Of a stretch of 64,000 bases of DNA, positions 1 through 11,795 are shown one piece after another (position 1 is the first letter of the stretch; each line of letters starts with the position of its first letter). The translations under genes and the position numbers were made by a program. The DNA comes from Cyanophora paradoxa CCMP329 (lineage: Eukaryota; Plantae; Glaucophyta): positions 1 to 64,000 of the forward strand of contig QPMI01000297.1 of NCBI GenBank assembly GCA_004431415.1. The letters run 5' to 3'. The notes under the pieces are model-generated. The model ran no database searches. It saw only the letters and a program-made list of their open reading frames with translations, and was not told the origin of the DNA.

Positions 1-3000
1 TGGCGCGGCGTTGCCCGCGAGCGGATGACGGAGGCGCGGGCGAGGGCGCACCATGACTGGCAGCTGACGCGCTCCGCGTGGGCGGCGTGGCGGGGCTTCT
101 TGGAGCTGCGGCGGGAGCGCTGGCGCGGGGAGGTGCTCGCCCGCGGCCACGCGCGCTTCCGGGCGATGGCCCGCGCCCTCGCCGCCTGGAAGCTCTTCCT
201 CCGCGCCCGCTCCCTCCGCAGCCGCCAGGAGGCCCGCGCCGCCACACACGGTCCGCCCCCGCCCCGCCAGCCCCGCCGGGCGTGACGCCCCGCAGCGACG
301 GCGGCCCTCGCGGGGCGCTGCTGGTCCCGCTGGCGCCGCTTTGTCGCCCTGCAGGCCGCCGGGCGCGAGGCTGGGGCCTGCGCGCAAGAGCTGCAGCGGC
401 TGCTGCTGGCGCGCCGCTCCCTCGCGGCGTGGAGAGCGGCCCTCGAGGCGCGGCGGGCGTCCCGAAAGCGCTCGGCGCAGGCGCTGCTCCACTGGGCGCG
501 GCGTCTGCTGGCAGCGGCGCTCGGCGAGTGGCGGCGGCGGGCCGGGCGAGGCGCTGCAAGCGAGAGCTGGAGGCCCTTGCCGCCCGCCACAGGCACCGCG
601 CCCTCTTTCAGCGCTGGCGCCGGTGCCCCCTCGCCGCCCGCCCCCGCGCCGCGCCGCGCCGACCGGCGTCGGCCAGGTACGTCGGGCGCGGCGGAGAAGG
701 CGGAGCTCTACCGGGCGGCCGTCCGCCACTGGGCGCGCCGCGTGCGGCGGGAGGCGCTCCGCGCGTGGGCCGCCTGGCGCGCTGCTCGGAGCCGAGAGGC
801 CGCCCAGGAACACGCCGCCGCCGCCCTGCACGCCCGCCACCTCAAGCGCCGCGCCCTCGCGCGGTGCGGCCGCTACGCAGCCCTCTCTCGCGGCGCGGCC
901 CGCTGAGCGCCGGCAGGTGGCTGGCGTTCCCCGCGGCGCTGGAGGCGCGGCGGCGGAGGAAGTCTGCGGCCGGGAGTCCGGTCGGCGGCGCCGTCTGCGG
1001 GTCGCCTTGGCGGCCCTCGCCTGCGGCGCGGCCGTCGCGCGCGAGCGCCGGGCGCGCAAGCGGGCGGCCGCGGTGCTCGGGCGCGGGCGCGGGCCCGGCG
1101 GGTGCTGCGGCGCTGGCTCGCGGCCTGCGTCGAGGCGGCCGAGGCGCGCATCGTCGCCCTCGGCTCCGCCAGCGCCCTCCGCCGCCACTGGCGCCTCTGG
1201 CGCGCCTTCCTCCACCACCGCCGCCGCCGGTGCGACCGTGCGCCGGCGCCGCGGGCGGCGCGGGGCGAAAGGGCGGCGCAGGGCGGCGATGCTAGCGGCG
1301 GCGGAGGTGCACTGGCGGGCGGGCGGGGCGGGCGTGCCTCGCGGCGTGGCGCGGCGCGCTGCGGGAGGCGCGCTGGAGGAGTTCGCCGAGGAGCGGGCGC
1401 GCGTCTTCCGCTGCCGCGCCCTCGCCGCCGCCGCCTGGCACGCCTGGCGCGCCGCCCTCAATGCCCGCCACGCCGCCCGCTCCGTGCCCGCCCGCCCCGC
1501 CCCGCGCCCCGCCGCCGCTGATCACGGGGCCGCAGAGGGAGGGGCGCGCGGGGGCGTGGACGAGGCGGCGGCGGCTGCAGCGCGCGCTGGACGCCCTCAA
1601 GGTGCGCGGCGATCGCCGGCGGGCGGCGCCGGCGGGGCCTGAGTGCGTGCGGCAGCTCTACACGGCCGCCCGCAACGCAAAGCTCCTGCGCTGGCGCCGC
1701 GGCGTGCGGCATTCGTGCGGCCCTCCCCCGGCGCCTGCCCCGCGGGGCGCTGAGGCGCGCAGGTACCTGGCTGCGCTGCGCGGGGCCTGGCGCCGCTGGC
1801 GCCTCTACTGCGCCGCCTCCGCCCTCGCGCGCCGCCGCGAGCGCCTCGCCGAGGAGGCCCGCGCCCGCGCCCTCGCCGCCGGCGCGTGGCGGCGCTGGGC
1901 GAGGCCGTCGCCGAGGGCCGCCGCGAGCGCGCCCTCTGCTCCCTCGCCCTCGCCGCCTGGCGGGAGCGGCTCCTGCGGCGCGCCCTCCTCACCTGGAGCC
2001 TCCACGCCTGCGAGCACGCCCACGCCCGGTGCGGGGCCCCGCGCCTCCTCGCGCAGCGTGGCCGAGTGGGGCGCAGGGCGCAGGGCGGCGCGCGGCAAGG
2101 CGTGGCGGCAGCGGGCGACGGGGCGGGTGTGGGCGGCCTGGCTCGAGTTTCTCTACGAGCGCCGCGCCCGCCGCGCCGGGGACGAGGGCCGCGCCGCCGC
2201 CGCCCGCTGCGCCCTCGACGCGTGCGCCGGCCCCCGCCCAACGCCGCGCCGCCCCCGCCGAGCGCGCGCAGAACGAAGCGGCGGCGGGCCTTCGAGGCGT
2301 GGCGGGAGGCGCACGCCGCGAGCACGCTCCGCCGCCTCGAGCTGTGCGCTCCGCCCATCGGCCCCGCGGCTTCCGCGGTGACCGGTGGGCAGGGCGCGGG
2401 CGGAGGGCCACTGGGCGCGCGGGGCGGCGCGGCGGGCGCTGGGCGCTGGCGACGGTGGACGGAGGAGCGGCGGGTGGCGGGGCGGGCGGCGTACGTTGCG
2501 GGCCTTTTCCTCCGCCGCGCCCTCCTCGCCCGCTCTCTCGCCGCCTGGCGCGCCCGGTGCGCATTTCGCCCCGCCCCGCCCGCCCAGCCCCGCCGACCGC
2601 CTGGCAGACGAGAGGAGTGGGCGGAGCGGCGGCTGCGGGTGACGGTGGCGTTGCGGCACTGGAGTCTGCAGCTGCAGGGGCGCGCCTTCCGCGCCTGGCT
2701 AGCCTACCGCCACCGCAAGCGCGCCAAGCGGGCCCTGTGCGCCCCGCGCGCCAGCGGGTGGAGCAGGGGCGCTGACGGCGCGGCAGGGAGGCGGAGGCGC
2801 TCGGGGCGCGGTGGGAGCGGCTGCAGCGGCGGGGCGCGGCGCAGTGGCTCCGCGTCGCCGTCGACCTCAAGCGGCGCCGCTCCGAGGCAGCCCTGCAGCG
2901 CCAGGCGCGCCCGGCCCTGCGCCCCGCCCCGCCTCCTGACGCGGCGGCAGACGGAGCGCTCGGGGCGCGTCTTCCGCCTCGTCGAGCGCATTGCCCGCCA

Positions 3001-3595
3001 CTGGCGCCGCCTCGTCCGCCCGCCCCGCCCCGCCCGCCCCGCATCCCTCACCCCGCCCCAGGCCCTCTCCCGCCGCCGCCTGCGGGGCCCGCTCGGGCGG
3101 CCGCCGCTGCCGTCGCACGCGCCGTGGCTGGCGCTGAAGCCCGGCGAGCGGGGGGCGGCGGCGGGTGGGCGTCAGGGGCGTGGCGGGGGGAGGGGACGTG
3201 TACGACGCGCTGGCGGGGCTGGGCCTGCGGGCCCCTCGCCCCGCGCCCCGCCTCCCGGCCTTCGTGCTTGCCGAGGGCGGGGCGGGGCGGGGCCGGGGGC
3301 CGGCGGGGCGAGGAGGAGGTGCGGGCGCTGGAGGAGGCGGTGGCGGAGATCGAGGGGCGGCGGCGGCAGCACCGCGCCGACGCCGACGAGCTCCGCCGCC
3401 TGCGGCCCCTCCTCGAGGCCGCCGCCCGCGCCGCTGAGCGGGCGGGGCGGGCCGGCGGGGCGGCTGGCGCGGCGCGTGGAGGAGCTGGAGGGGCGGGAGG
3501 CGGCGTACCGGGCGGCCAAGGCGCACGACGCCTCCCTCCTCGCCGCCTGCGCCGCCCGCATCGACGCCCTCCGCCACGCCGGCGCCGGCGCCTGA
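1..3595 (+). CDS. SFI1: SFI1-like centrin-binding repeat protein (5' part outside window; multi-exon)
   Basis: Regularly spaced Trp repeats (AWAAWRGFL, ALAAWKLFL, SLAAWRAAL, AFRAWLAY). The C-terminal segment VALRHWSLQLQGRAFRAWLAYRHRKRAKR...RVFRLVERIARHWRRL resembles SFI1. Short introns, e.g. gt..cag at ~251-295. A few frameshifts fall in G/C runs. Confidence 0.8.
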
Positions 3596-4745
3596 AGCGC
3601 CGCCCCCACTCCTCCTGCCCGCCCGCCCCTTTCTTCTCTTCACCCCCCCCTCCACCCCCCCCCCCCACCCACCCCACCCACCCACCCGTCGGCCCGCTTC
3701 CCCGCCTCAGACCTCGCGAGGCCGAGTCGGATCTACCGCAGTGCGGAAGGCCTGTACACGTGAAATCAACTTAGTTGAGCCCGGGCGTAAACGACGTGAC
3801 CCGGGCGGATCCCGGATCCGGAGTCCTAACTTGGTAGCTCACTGGTAGCCACGTGAACCCGTGAACCCGGCTCAGCCTATAGCTATAGCTAACTTGGTAG
3901 CTCATGATCACTGCCAGGCTGAGCATTTCAATTCGAATTTGTCGCCTTGGCGGGGGACTTCGAACTTCGGAATTCGGAAAGCCCTTCAAGGCTTCAACAG
4001 TGAACGCCTCGGCGAAGGGGGCCCGGGGCCCAGGGTCAACGTTAACGCAATACGCATACGTCCGGGGCCTTCAAAGGCTTTATATAATTAGCAAGTTTCA
4101 AGTCTCAAGCCTTGAAGTTTGAACGTTAACGTTTGATTCAAGTTTTGCTAGTAGGCTAACCCTAAGCTGAAGGCCCTGAGTCTCATGATCATCTGCTCTG
4201 CATGCCTGGTGATCGGATCATGCGATCGGATCATAAGCGGCCAAATCATGCCCATGCATATGACGTCACCCGGTGTGACCCCGAGACTCTCTGAGAACCG
4301 TGAATATTTGCTTCAAGGCTTCACTGTCACAGTGTCAGAGGCCCCGCGGCCCACGCATACCGTCGCCGAGTCGTACGGCTAAAGGGCCGCGGGGCCCCCA
4401 GCTCCAGGGGCCCGCGGCCGGGGCGGCCGGCCCGGGCCCCGGGGGTTGTGATCAATGACACTGATGATGACGAGATGGCATGGGCACGTTCCAATCATTG
4501 CCAGTTGAATCACTGAGTCATTGAATTTGCCAGTTGGTTCGAAATTTGAAATTAAAAAACTTCAATCGCGGTACTGCCGCAGTCACTGAGTATACGGAGT
4601 ACTAGGGTCGCCCCCCCTGCGGGGCAGCGGCCTCCAGTACGCATACTTGACAATTGTAAGTTGACCATTGTATACGTAAAGAGTCAGCAGTGTGCGACAC
4701 ATCAGCGAGCTTCGGGAGTTTATTATTAGGAGACAAGACTCCTGA

Positions 4746-7552
4746 TCATGAAATGCAATAAGCCGAGAGAGCAAGAAAGCAATCGTAAGCACTGACGAGG
4801 CTAGGCGCCGCGGGCGCGGGCGGCGGGGCGACCGGGGCGGCCGCGGGCGCGGGGCCCGAGGGCGGGGCGCGGGCGAGGCGCTGGACGACGGCCTCCTCCC
4901 GCGCCCGCATGCGCTCGAGCAGCAGCGCCTCCCGCGCCGCGCCCCCCGCGCCTGCTCCCGCTCCACCTCCGCCCGCGCGCCTGTGCAGCCGCCGCCCGCC
5001 CCGCCCGCGCGCCCCGCCGAGGATGCTGGGGGCCGATACGGCGCTCTGGGGGCGGTGAGGCGCGGCGGGGCGGGGGCGGGGCGGGGCGGGACCTCGACTT
5101 CGACGACGCTGCCGCCGGGCTGCTCGAACGCCTCCGGCGAGCTCCCCGGCGGCCGCCCGCGCCCCGCCCCGCCCCGCCCATCGCCCCTCGCCCCGTCCGC
5201 GCCACGCCCTGCAGGCGGCCCGGGGTCGCCTCGCGCCGCGTGGACCCCTGGCGCCGGTCGTCAGCGAGGGGCGGCCTTCGGAGAGGGGCGGCAGGGCGCA
5301 CGGGAGCGGGGCGGGCGGGTCGAAGAAGACGGGGGCGGGGCGAAGGCCGGGGGGATGTCCTGCGGGGGGGCCCCGAAGAAGGGCCACGTGCACGCTGCTG
5401 GCCCCCCAGGGCCGCCGCCGGGGCGGCGGGGCGCCCCAGGGGGCGGCCGGTGGGGGCAGGTGCGGGAGGGGCGGGGCGCGGGGCGGGGCGGGAGGGGCGG
5501 GGCGTCGGGGGCGGGGCGAGGAGGAGGGCCGGGGACTCGACGAGGGACGCCCGCCCCGCCCGAACGCCCCCGCCGCCCCGCGCCCCAGCCCCGCCCTCCT
5601 CCCACCCCGCCGCCCCGCCCACGCCGCCGCCGGGTGCGCGGAGGCCAAGGCGGGGCGCACGGCCGCCTGCAGCGGGGGGCCGGCGTACGGGTCGAAGGGG
5701 TGCGGCGGCTGCACGTGCGGGCGGCCTCGTGGAGGGCCCCCGGCAGGGGCCGCCCCGCCCCGAACACCTCCCATGCTGCGGCGGCTGCGGCTGGGGCGGC
5801 TGCCGGTGCGGGGCCTGCCGCGGCAGCCGCCCCGCCCCGCGCGCCGCACTCTCCTGCCCCTCCTTTTCCCCGCCGAGCTGCCGGTAAGGCGGCTGCGCGA
5901 GCGGGGAGCGGGTGTGCGCTGGCGGCTGCTGGTGGCGCAGCTCGTCGCGGCGCGGGGCCGGCTCGGGGTCGGCGACGTGGGCGGCGGCGGCGCTGCGCTC
6001 CACGTGGCGCTGGAGCACCTTCTCGTAGTACCCCGCGCTGCGTGCGCGTCAGCCCCTGCCATCCTTCCCCGCTCCCCCGCCCCCGCACCTCGGCGGCGGC
6101 TTGCGGCGCTGCGCGGCGGGGCCGAGGGCGGATGCGATGGTGGTGGGACCGGGGCCGGGGCGGGGGCCGGGAGCGGGCGGGTCGTCGCCGAAAAGGGCGG
6201 CGCGCGTCTCTGCGTCGATCGCCTGGTTCCAGCTGATGGCGCCGGCCCCGCTCCCCCGCACCCCGCCCCGCGGCCCCTCCTCCCGCCCCTCCTCCGCCGC
6301 GCTGCTTACGGAGGCCCGCGGCGGCGCAGCGGCCCCTGCCCGCGCGCCGCCGCGTGTCGGTGCATCGCCGCGGCCGGAGAGGGGCGAGGCGGGGTCGATG
6401 GAAGCGGCGCGCGGGGAGACTTGCGCGGGGGCGCCCCTGCGGGACCCAGGCGCGCTCCAGGCGGTGGTGCGCCGGCGAGTCGCGCCCCGGCGTGCGCGGG
6501 GGCGGTGAGAGGAGCACCGGCGGCGGGCCGCGCTGCCGCGCGGGCCCCGAGGGGGCGACGGGCTCGCCCCGGGCGAGTGGGCCGCGCGGGGCGGGGCGTC
6601 GGGGAGGGCGGCGGGGCTCGCGGAGGGTGGCCTCCGGGGCCGGCGAGGGCGAGGGCGGCGTGGCCGGCCCCGCGGCGGCACGGCGCCCGACGCGAGCCTC
6701 GGGAGCTGCCGGCGGCGGAGGCGCCGCGGGGTGCGGCGGCGAGGGGCCGGGGCTCGGGGCTGGGATGGGGCGCGGGGCGGGGGCGGGGCGGGGGGCGGGG
6801 ATGGCGGCGTGCTGGACGAGAACCTGCGGGCAGTCAGGCGGGCGGCTGCGCGGGGCGGGGCGCCGGCCGGCCCGCGCCTCGCCATCGCGCCGGAGGAGCA
6901 CGTCCAGACCTCCGCCCCGGCCCGCCCTGCGCGCCCCGCTCCGGTGTCGGCGCAGGCGCGGGCGGGGCGCGCGGGCGGGGCCGCACGGGCTCGACGCGGA
7001 TGCGCAGGCGCCGCCCGTCGGGACGCAAAACTGTCAAAGCCACCTCCTCTCCCTCCCCGTCTCCGCCCGGTGCAGGCCCGGCGACGGCGCAGCGGACGGC
7101 GGCGCGGCATCGGAGGTGGCGGGGAGTGGTGGGGCGGGGCCGGGGCCGGGGGGGGCGGGGGCCGGGGCGGGTGGCCTGCGGGCCGGGGGCGCGATGAGAA
7201 AGCCGACGGGTGCGGTGCGGGACGCGCGCCTCCGGCGCCCGCGTCGCCCCCGGCTCCCGCCGGGCCGGGCCCGCCCCGAACCGGCCGCACCGGGCGCGGG
7301 CGGCGCGGGGGAGGGGGCAGTAGAGGTGGGGGCGGGGGCCGGGGAGGGCGGGGGCCCGGGCGGCCCGGCGGGGGCGGCGAGGCGGGGCTCCTCGAGGGCG
7401 GCCCGCGGGCCCTTGCGCTCCGGCCGCTCCGAGTGGCGCGGCGAGGCCGGCTTGCTCGGCCCGGCGACCAGAAGAGCAGGTGCGTCGGCCGCTCCGTCGT
7501 GGCCCCCGCCCGCTCCCCGTGCTCTCGTACAGCGCGCGCTCCCGCCCGCCGC

Positions 7553-7583
<31 letters not shown>

Positions 7584-8092
7584 ACGGGCCGCGGGATCGA
7601 AGCCTGCGTCGCCGGGGCCGGTGGCAGCGCCGGCGCCGGAGTCGGCGCCGCCGTGGGGTGCGCAGCAGGGCTCGCTGCCGGAAGAGGGGTCGACGAGGCC
7701 GCTGGCGCTGGCGCGGTGGGCGGCGCGCGGGGGGCGGGCGGTGCTCGCGGGACGGAGTAGGAGAAGCTCTGGTTCACAGCCCGCTGGACAGCTGGCTTAG
7801 CTGGCTCCGGCACATCTGCTGGAGCCGGCTCCGGGGCGTAATCTGCTTCTTCTCCATGAACGAAGCTCGGAAGCGGGGCCGGAAGTGAGCGTAGCGGCAG
7901 GCGGGCAGGCCGCTGCTCTGCACGCTCTAGCTTTGCTGGCTCGACCGCGGGTCCCTCGCCTCCTGGGGCCTCGTCCACTGTATCTAATGCATCCGGCCGA
8001 GAAAACGAGTCCATCTCGGCCCCCGGGTCAGTCGTGTCGGCCTCGGTGCTGTGCTGGTGGGCCGGGTGCTGGGTTGCGTCAGCTTCTTCCAT
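4746..8092 (-). CDS. Large low-complexity Pro/Ala-rich uncharacterised protein (multi-exon)
   Basis: ATG at 8092 (MEEADATQ...), protein-like blocks (AISWNQAIDAETRAALFGDD; EKVLQRHVERS; REALLLERMRAREEAVVQRLAR). No domain recognised; exon boundaries uncertain. Confidence 0.45.
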
Positions 8093-8556
8093 GCTGTAAG
8101 CTGTGCATGCTGCGCTTGTTGTTTGAAAGAGAAGAAAGGTGGCCTTACGTATACTAGAAGAAAATAGTGCCTTCGGCTGGGTACGCAAATTGCGATCCAA
8201 AGCTAAGCGCTGCCGCAGGCGAGCGCGCAACGTGAAAGAAGGATCGATCATTGAAGGCATCTCAACCACGAGCGCGTCACGATCGACCTGTGCATCTGAG
8301 CGAATCGCTTGCTCGTCGGCCGCGCGGCCAGCGCGTCGGCTGCGCCCACTCCCTGGTCGCGCTACGCAAGACTCCTGCCGCGACCTGCACCCGCAAGATC
8401 TGAGCGCGCCACCAGCCTCTCCCCGCCTCTCCCCACCCGCGAACCACCCGGTGCGCCAGTACGAGCACTGTCACAATCAAGCGCGCCTCACCGCACCGCT
8501 CGCGCCTCTGGACCTCGCAGCCAGGCACCACGTGTTCGCAGCCAGGCCGCGGCGTG

Positions 8557-11500
8557 ATGGAGAAGAAGGCCGGCGTTCGCTATCGGTCCGTTCTAACTGC
8601 CCGGCGGGGTCGCACCGCCTCCAGCCCCCCGCGCCGCCCGCCGCGAGCTATAGACTGCCCGCGCCGGCGCCAGCGGGGAGAAAGCTTGGGTGGGAGGGGA
8701 AGGCGGCCGCGGGCGGGCGGGGGGGGGGCCCGGTGGAGGGGCGCGGGACGGCGGGGAAGCCGGCGAGGGCGAGCTGCGCGAGGAACTGCTGCTGGAACGC
8801 GAGCTAGCTGCCCGGCGGGGTCGCACTGCCTCCAGCCGCCCCGCGCCGTTCTAAACTGCCCGGCGGAGTCGCACCAACTCCACCCCGCGCAGGGTGGTCA
8901 CCTTCACAGGCGACAAGCTCGGGGCCGGGACATCGGCAAACGTGTTTCTATCTGTACGCGACGCGCAGGAGGACCGCGGGGCGGGCTGAGGCGGGGTGGG
9001 GCGCGCGGCAGGTGAATGGCTCGAACGGGATCCTGAAGAAGGTGCCGCTGGAGAGCGAGGTGACGGGGAAGGAGCGGGAAGACCTCTTCGACCGGGCCGG
9101 CGTCGACTCCTTCGACATCGTCTCCGGCGACCTTGGCGACATCGAGAGCATATCCCTGGAGCACGACAACCGCGGCTTTGGCAGCGGCTGGTTCCTCGAC
9201 CGCGTCCGCCCACCCCCCAGCGCCCCGCCCCGCCCCCGGCCGCCGAAGCCGGCGGCAGGTCGTCATCAAAGCGTACTCGCTCCCGGCGACGCGGCCGCCG
9301 ACGCCGACGGCGCCGCTGGAGGGGGCCGGGGCGGGGGAGGCGGAGGGGGGGCGGGAGTCGCCGGCGCCAGAGCACGAGTGGTCCTTCCTGTGCGGCCGCT
9401 GGCTCGCGACGGATGAGGAGTGCGCGGGGCGGGGGCGGGGGCGGGCCGGGGCGGGGCGGGGGGTGACGGGGCCGGCGCAGCGACGGGTCGCTGGTGCGGG
9501 AGCTGCACCCCGTCAACGCCGTCGTCGAGCGCGCCTCCGTCGAGGACGGCGGGGCAACCCTCCAGCGCCGGCCCCCCGGCGCCCCGCGCCCCGCCCTCCA
9601 CCTCAGCGCCCACGGCGCCAGCGTCCAGATCGTCGGGCGGCCCGTCGGCGGGGCGGCCTTCGCCGTGCTGCGGGTGGCGGTCGTGGAGTGCACGGGGCTG
9701 CGCTGCGGCCCGATGGGCGGGGCCGTCGAGGTCTCCGTCGCCCTCACCCTGCACGGCGTCGAGGCCCAGACGGGCGTCGCGGCGGCGACGGGGACCGACG
9801 CCGCCCACTTGAACGAGGAGTTCTACCTGCCGCTGGTGGAGCCGCGGGGGTGCCTACTGGTGCGGGTGCTGGAGCACGGGGAGGCGGGGGCGGAGGGGGA
9901 GGTCGCCGGCTGCGCGCGCGTGCCCCTCTGCGACGAGCTCCTCGACGGGCGGCCCCGCGACCGCCTCTACGAGCTCCGCGCCCGCCGCTGGGCCTTCACG
10001 CCCCTCTACGCCACCGAGGGCCCCGAGGGCGGCCGGCGGCGGGGCAAGGAGCGGGAGGGGCGGGGGCGGGTGCGGCTGGAGCTGCAGCTGCTGCTCGCCA
10101 GCTGGCCCGCCTTCCTCAAGAACCACCTGCTCCCCTACTTCGTCCGCCCCCGCCCGCCCCGCGCCCCGCGCCCCGCTCCCGAGCCCGAGTCGCCGGCAGC
10201 CGGATCCCAGCGGCGAGGCGCCCCGGGCGGAGGAGTTCTCCTGGGACGAGTTCAAGGCGAACGTGCGCCGTGCCGGGGCCGCGCGGGCGGACGGGGCGGC
10301 GGGGGCCGAGGGGCGGGGCGCTGCTGGGGCAGGTGGAGCGCTCGGCGGCGGTGATCGCGCTCTTCCGGCCGGCGTTCGACTTCGCGGAGGGGGTGCTAGC
10401 CTGGCGCAGCCCGCTCCTCACCGTGCTGCCCCCGGCCCCCGCGCATTCCGGCCCGGCCCGACGCGCCCCGCTCCGCCCCAGGTCGCCTCCCTGATCGTCT
10501 CGGCGGCCCTCGCCTTTCACATTCATCTCGCCCCCGCGCTCCTGGTCCTGCGCGCTCCGCCCCCCCCGTCGCTCCGCCGCCGCCGTGACGCCGCGCAGGT
10601 ACCTCGCGATCGCAATCGCGACGCCGCCGCTGCAGGCCCGCGCTGCCGAGCGCCGCGCCAAGGCCGCCGCCCGCGCCGCCGCCGCCGCCCGGCCGCGCGC
10701 CCGAGGCGGCGCCTCCCGGGGCGGGGTCGCCGGTGGGGAAGCGGCAGCGGCGCTCGCCGCTGGTGCGGGCGATGGGGCTGAGCAGCGGAGAGGCGGCCGC
10801 CTCCTCCGCATCCGCCTCCGACTCGTGCGCCTGCCGCCGCGCCGTCTCCGACGCCTCCGTCGACCGCCCGGCAGGGAGGGGCGCAAAGCGGGGGCCCCGG
10901 GGGCGAGGGCGGGGCGGGGCAAGAAGAAAGGGGGGCGCGGGGCGGGGGCGGGGGCGGGGCGCTCGAAGTCGGGCTCGTCGGCGTCGTCGTCGGGGGGCTC
11001 GTCGAGCTCGAGGGAGGGCCTGGTGGAGCGCTTCGAGCGCGTGCGCGCCCGCATGTTCGAGATCCAGCGCGGCATGGACGCCGTCTGCACCCTCGTCGAG
11101 CGCTGCCAGGCCCTCGGCTCCCCCGCCTCCCCCGCCCGCAGCGCCCTCGCCGTCGCCGCTCTCCTCCTTCTCTTCCTTCTCCTCGTCCTGCTCCCGGGCC
11201 GCTGGCTCGCCCTCGCCGCCATCGCCGTCGTGCGTGCCGTTGGTGGCCGGCGTGTGGCCGGGGAGGCGCGCCTGATGGAGCGCGCGCAGGTGTACACCGT
11301 CCACTTCAGGCCCGAGGAGAGGTCCCGCCCCGCCCGCTCGCCCCCGAGGCCTCCCCGTGCCGCCTCTCATGCTCGCGCAGCCCCCTCTCCGCCTTCTTCC
11401 GCCGCCTCCCCGACCGCCGGCCTGCCCTCCCCGCCTCCCCCTTCACCGAGCTGCACCCGGAGCCGGCGCCCGTGCTGCGCCGGCCCTCCGCCCCGCCCCG

Positions 11501-11588
11501 CGCCCCCCGCTCGGAGTCCTTCAGGGTGCCCCGCCCCGCCCCGAACCCCCGATCCGCCTCCTTCTCCGCCCGCTCCCTCGCCCCCTGA
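8557..11588 (+). CDS. PLAT/LH2 + C2 + MCTP-type C-terminal membrane domain protein
   Basis: PLAT motifs YRVVTFTGDKLGAGTSANVFL, DLGDIESISLEHDNRGFGSGWFLDRV, FLCGRWLATDE. C2 region LRVAVVECTGL...LNEEFYL...LLVRVLE. MCTP-like tail VLAWRSPLLT...IQRGMDAVCTLVERCQAL...PLSAFFRRLP. Confidence 0.75.
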
Positions 11589-11795
11589 CCCTCAAGATCC
11601 CCTCGCCCCTTTGCTCCCCCCGCCGCCGTGAACGCTGTGTGCCGTATCTGCCCCAGAGAGTCCCCAGCCCCATTTAGTGTCCACTGGGATCCGGAGGCCG
11701 CTGACGGGCGCTAGAGCATGATCAGCCATGATGCCGTGAGGCGGGTGAAAGCTCGACACGGCTTCCCGCTTTCGACAAGCAGCTGGCTAGCGCCT

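Noticed and set aside
535-560. Frameshifts in SFI1 suggesting programmed frameshifting or a pseudogene
   Set aside because: They fall in G/C runs and are most simply homopolymer sequencing errors.
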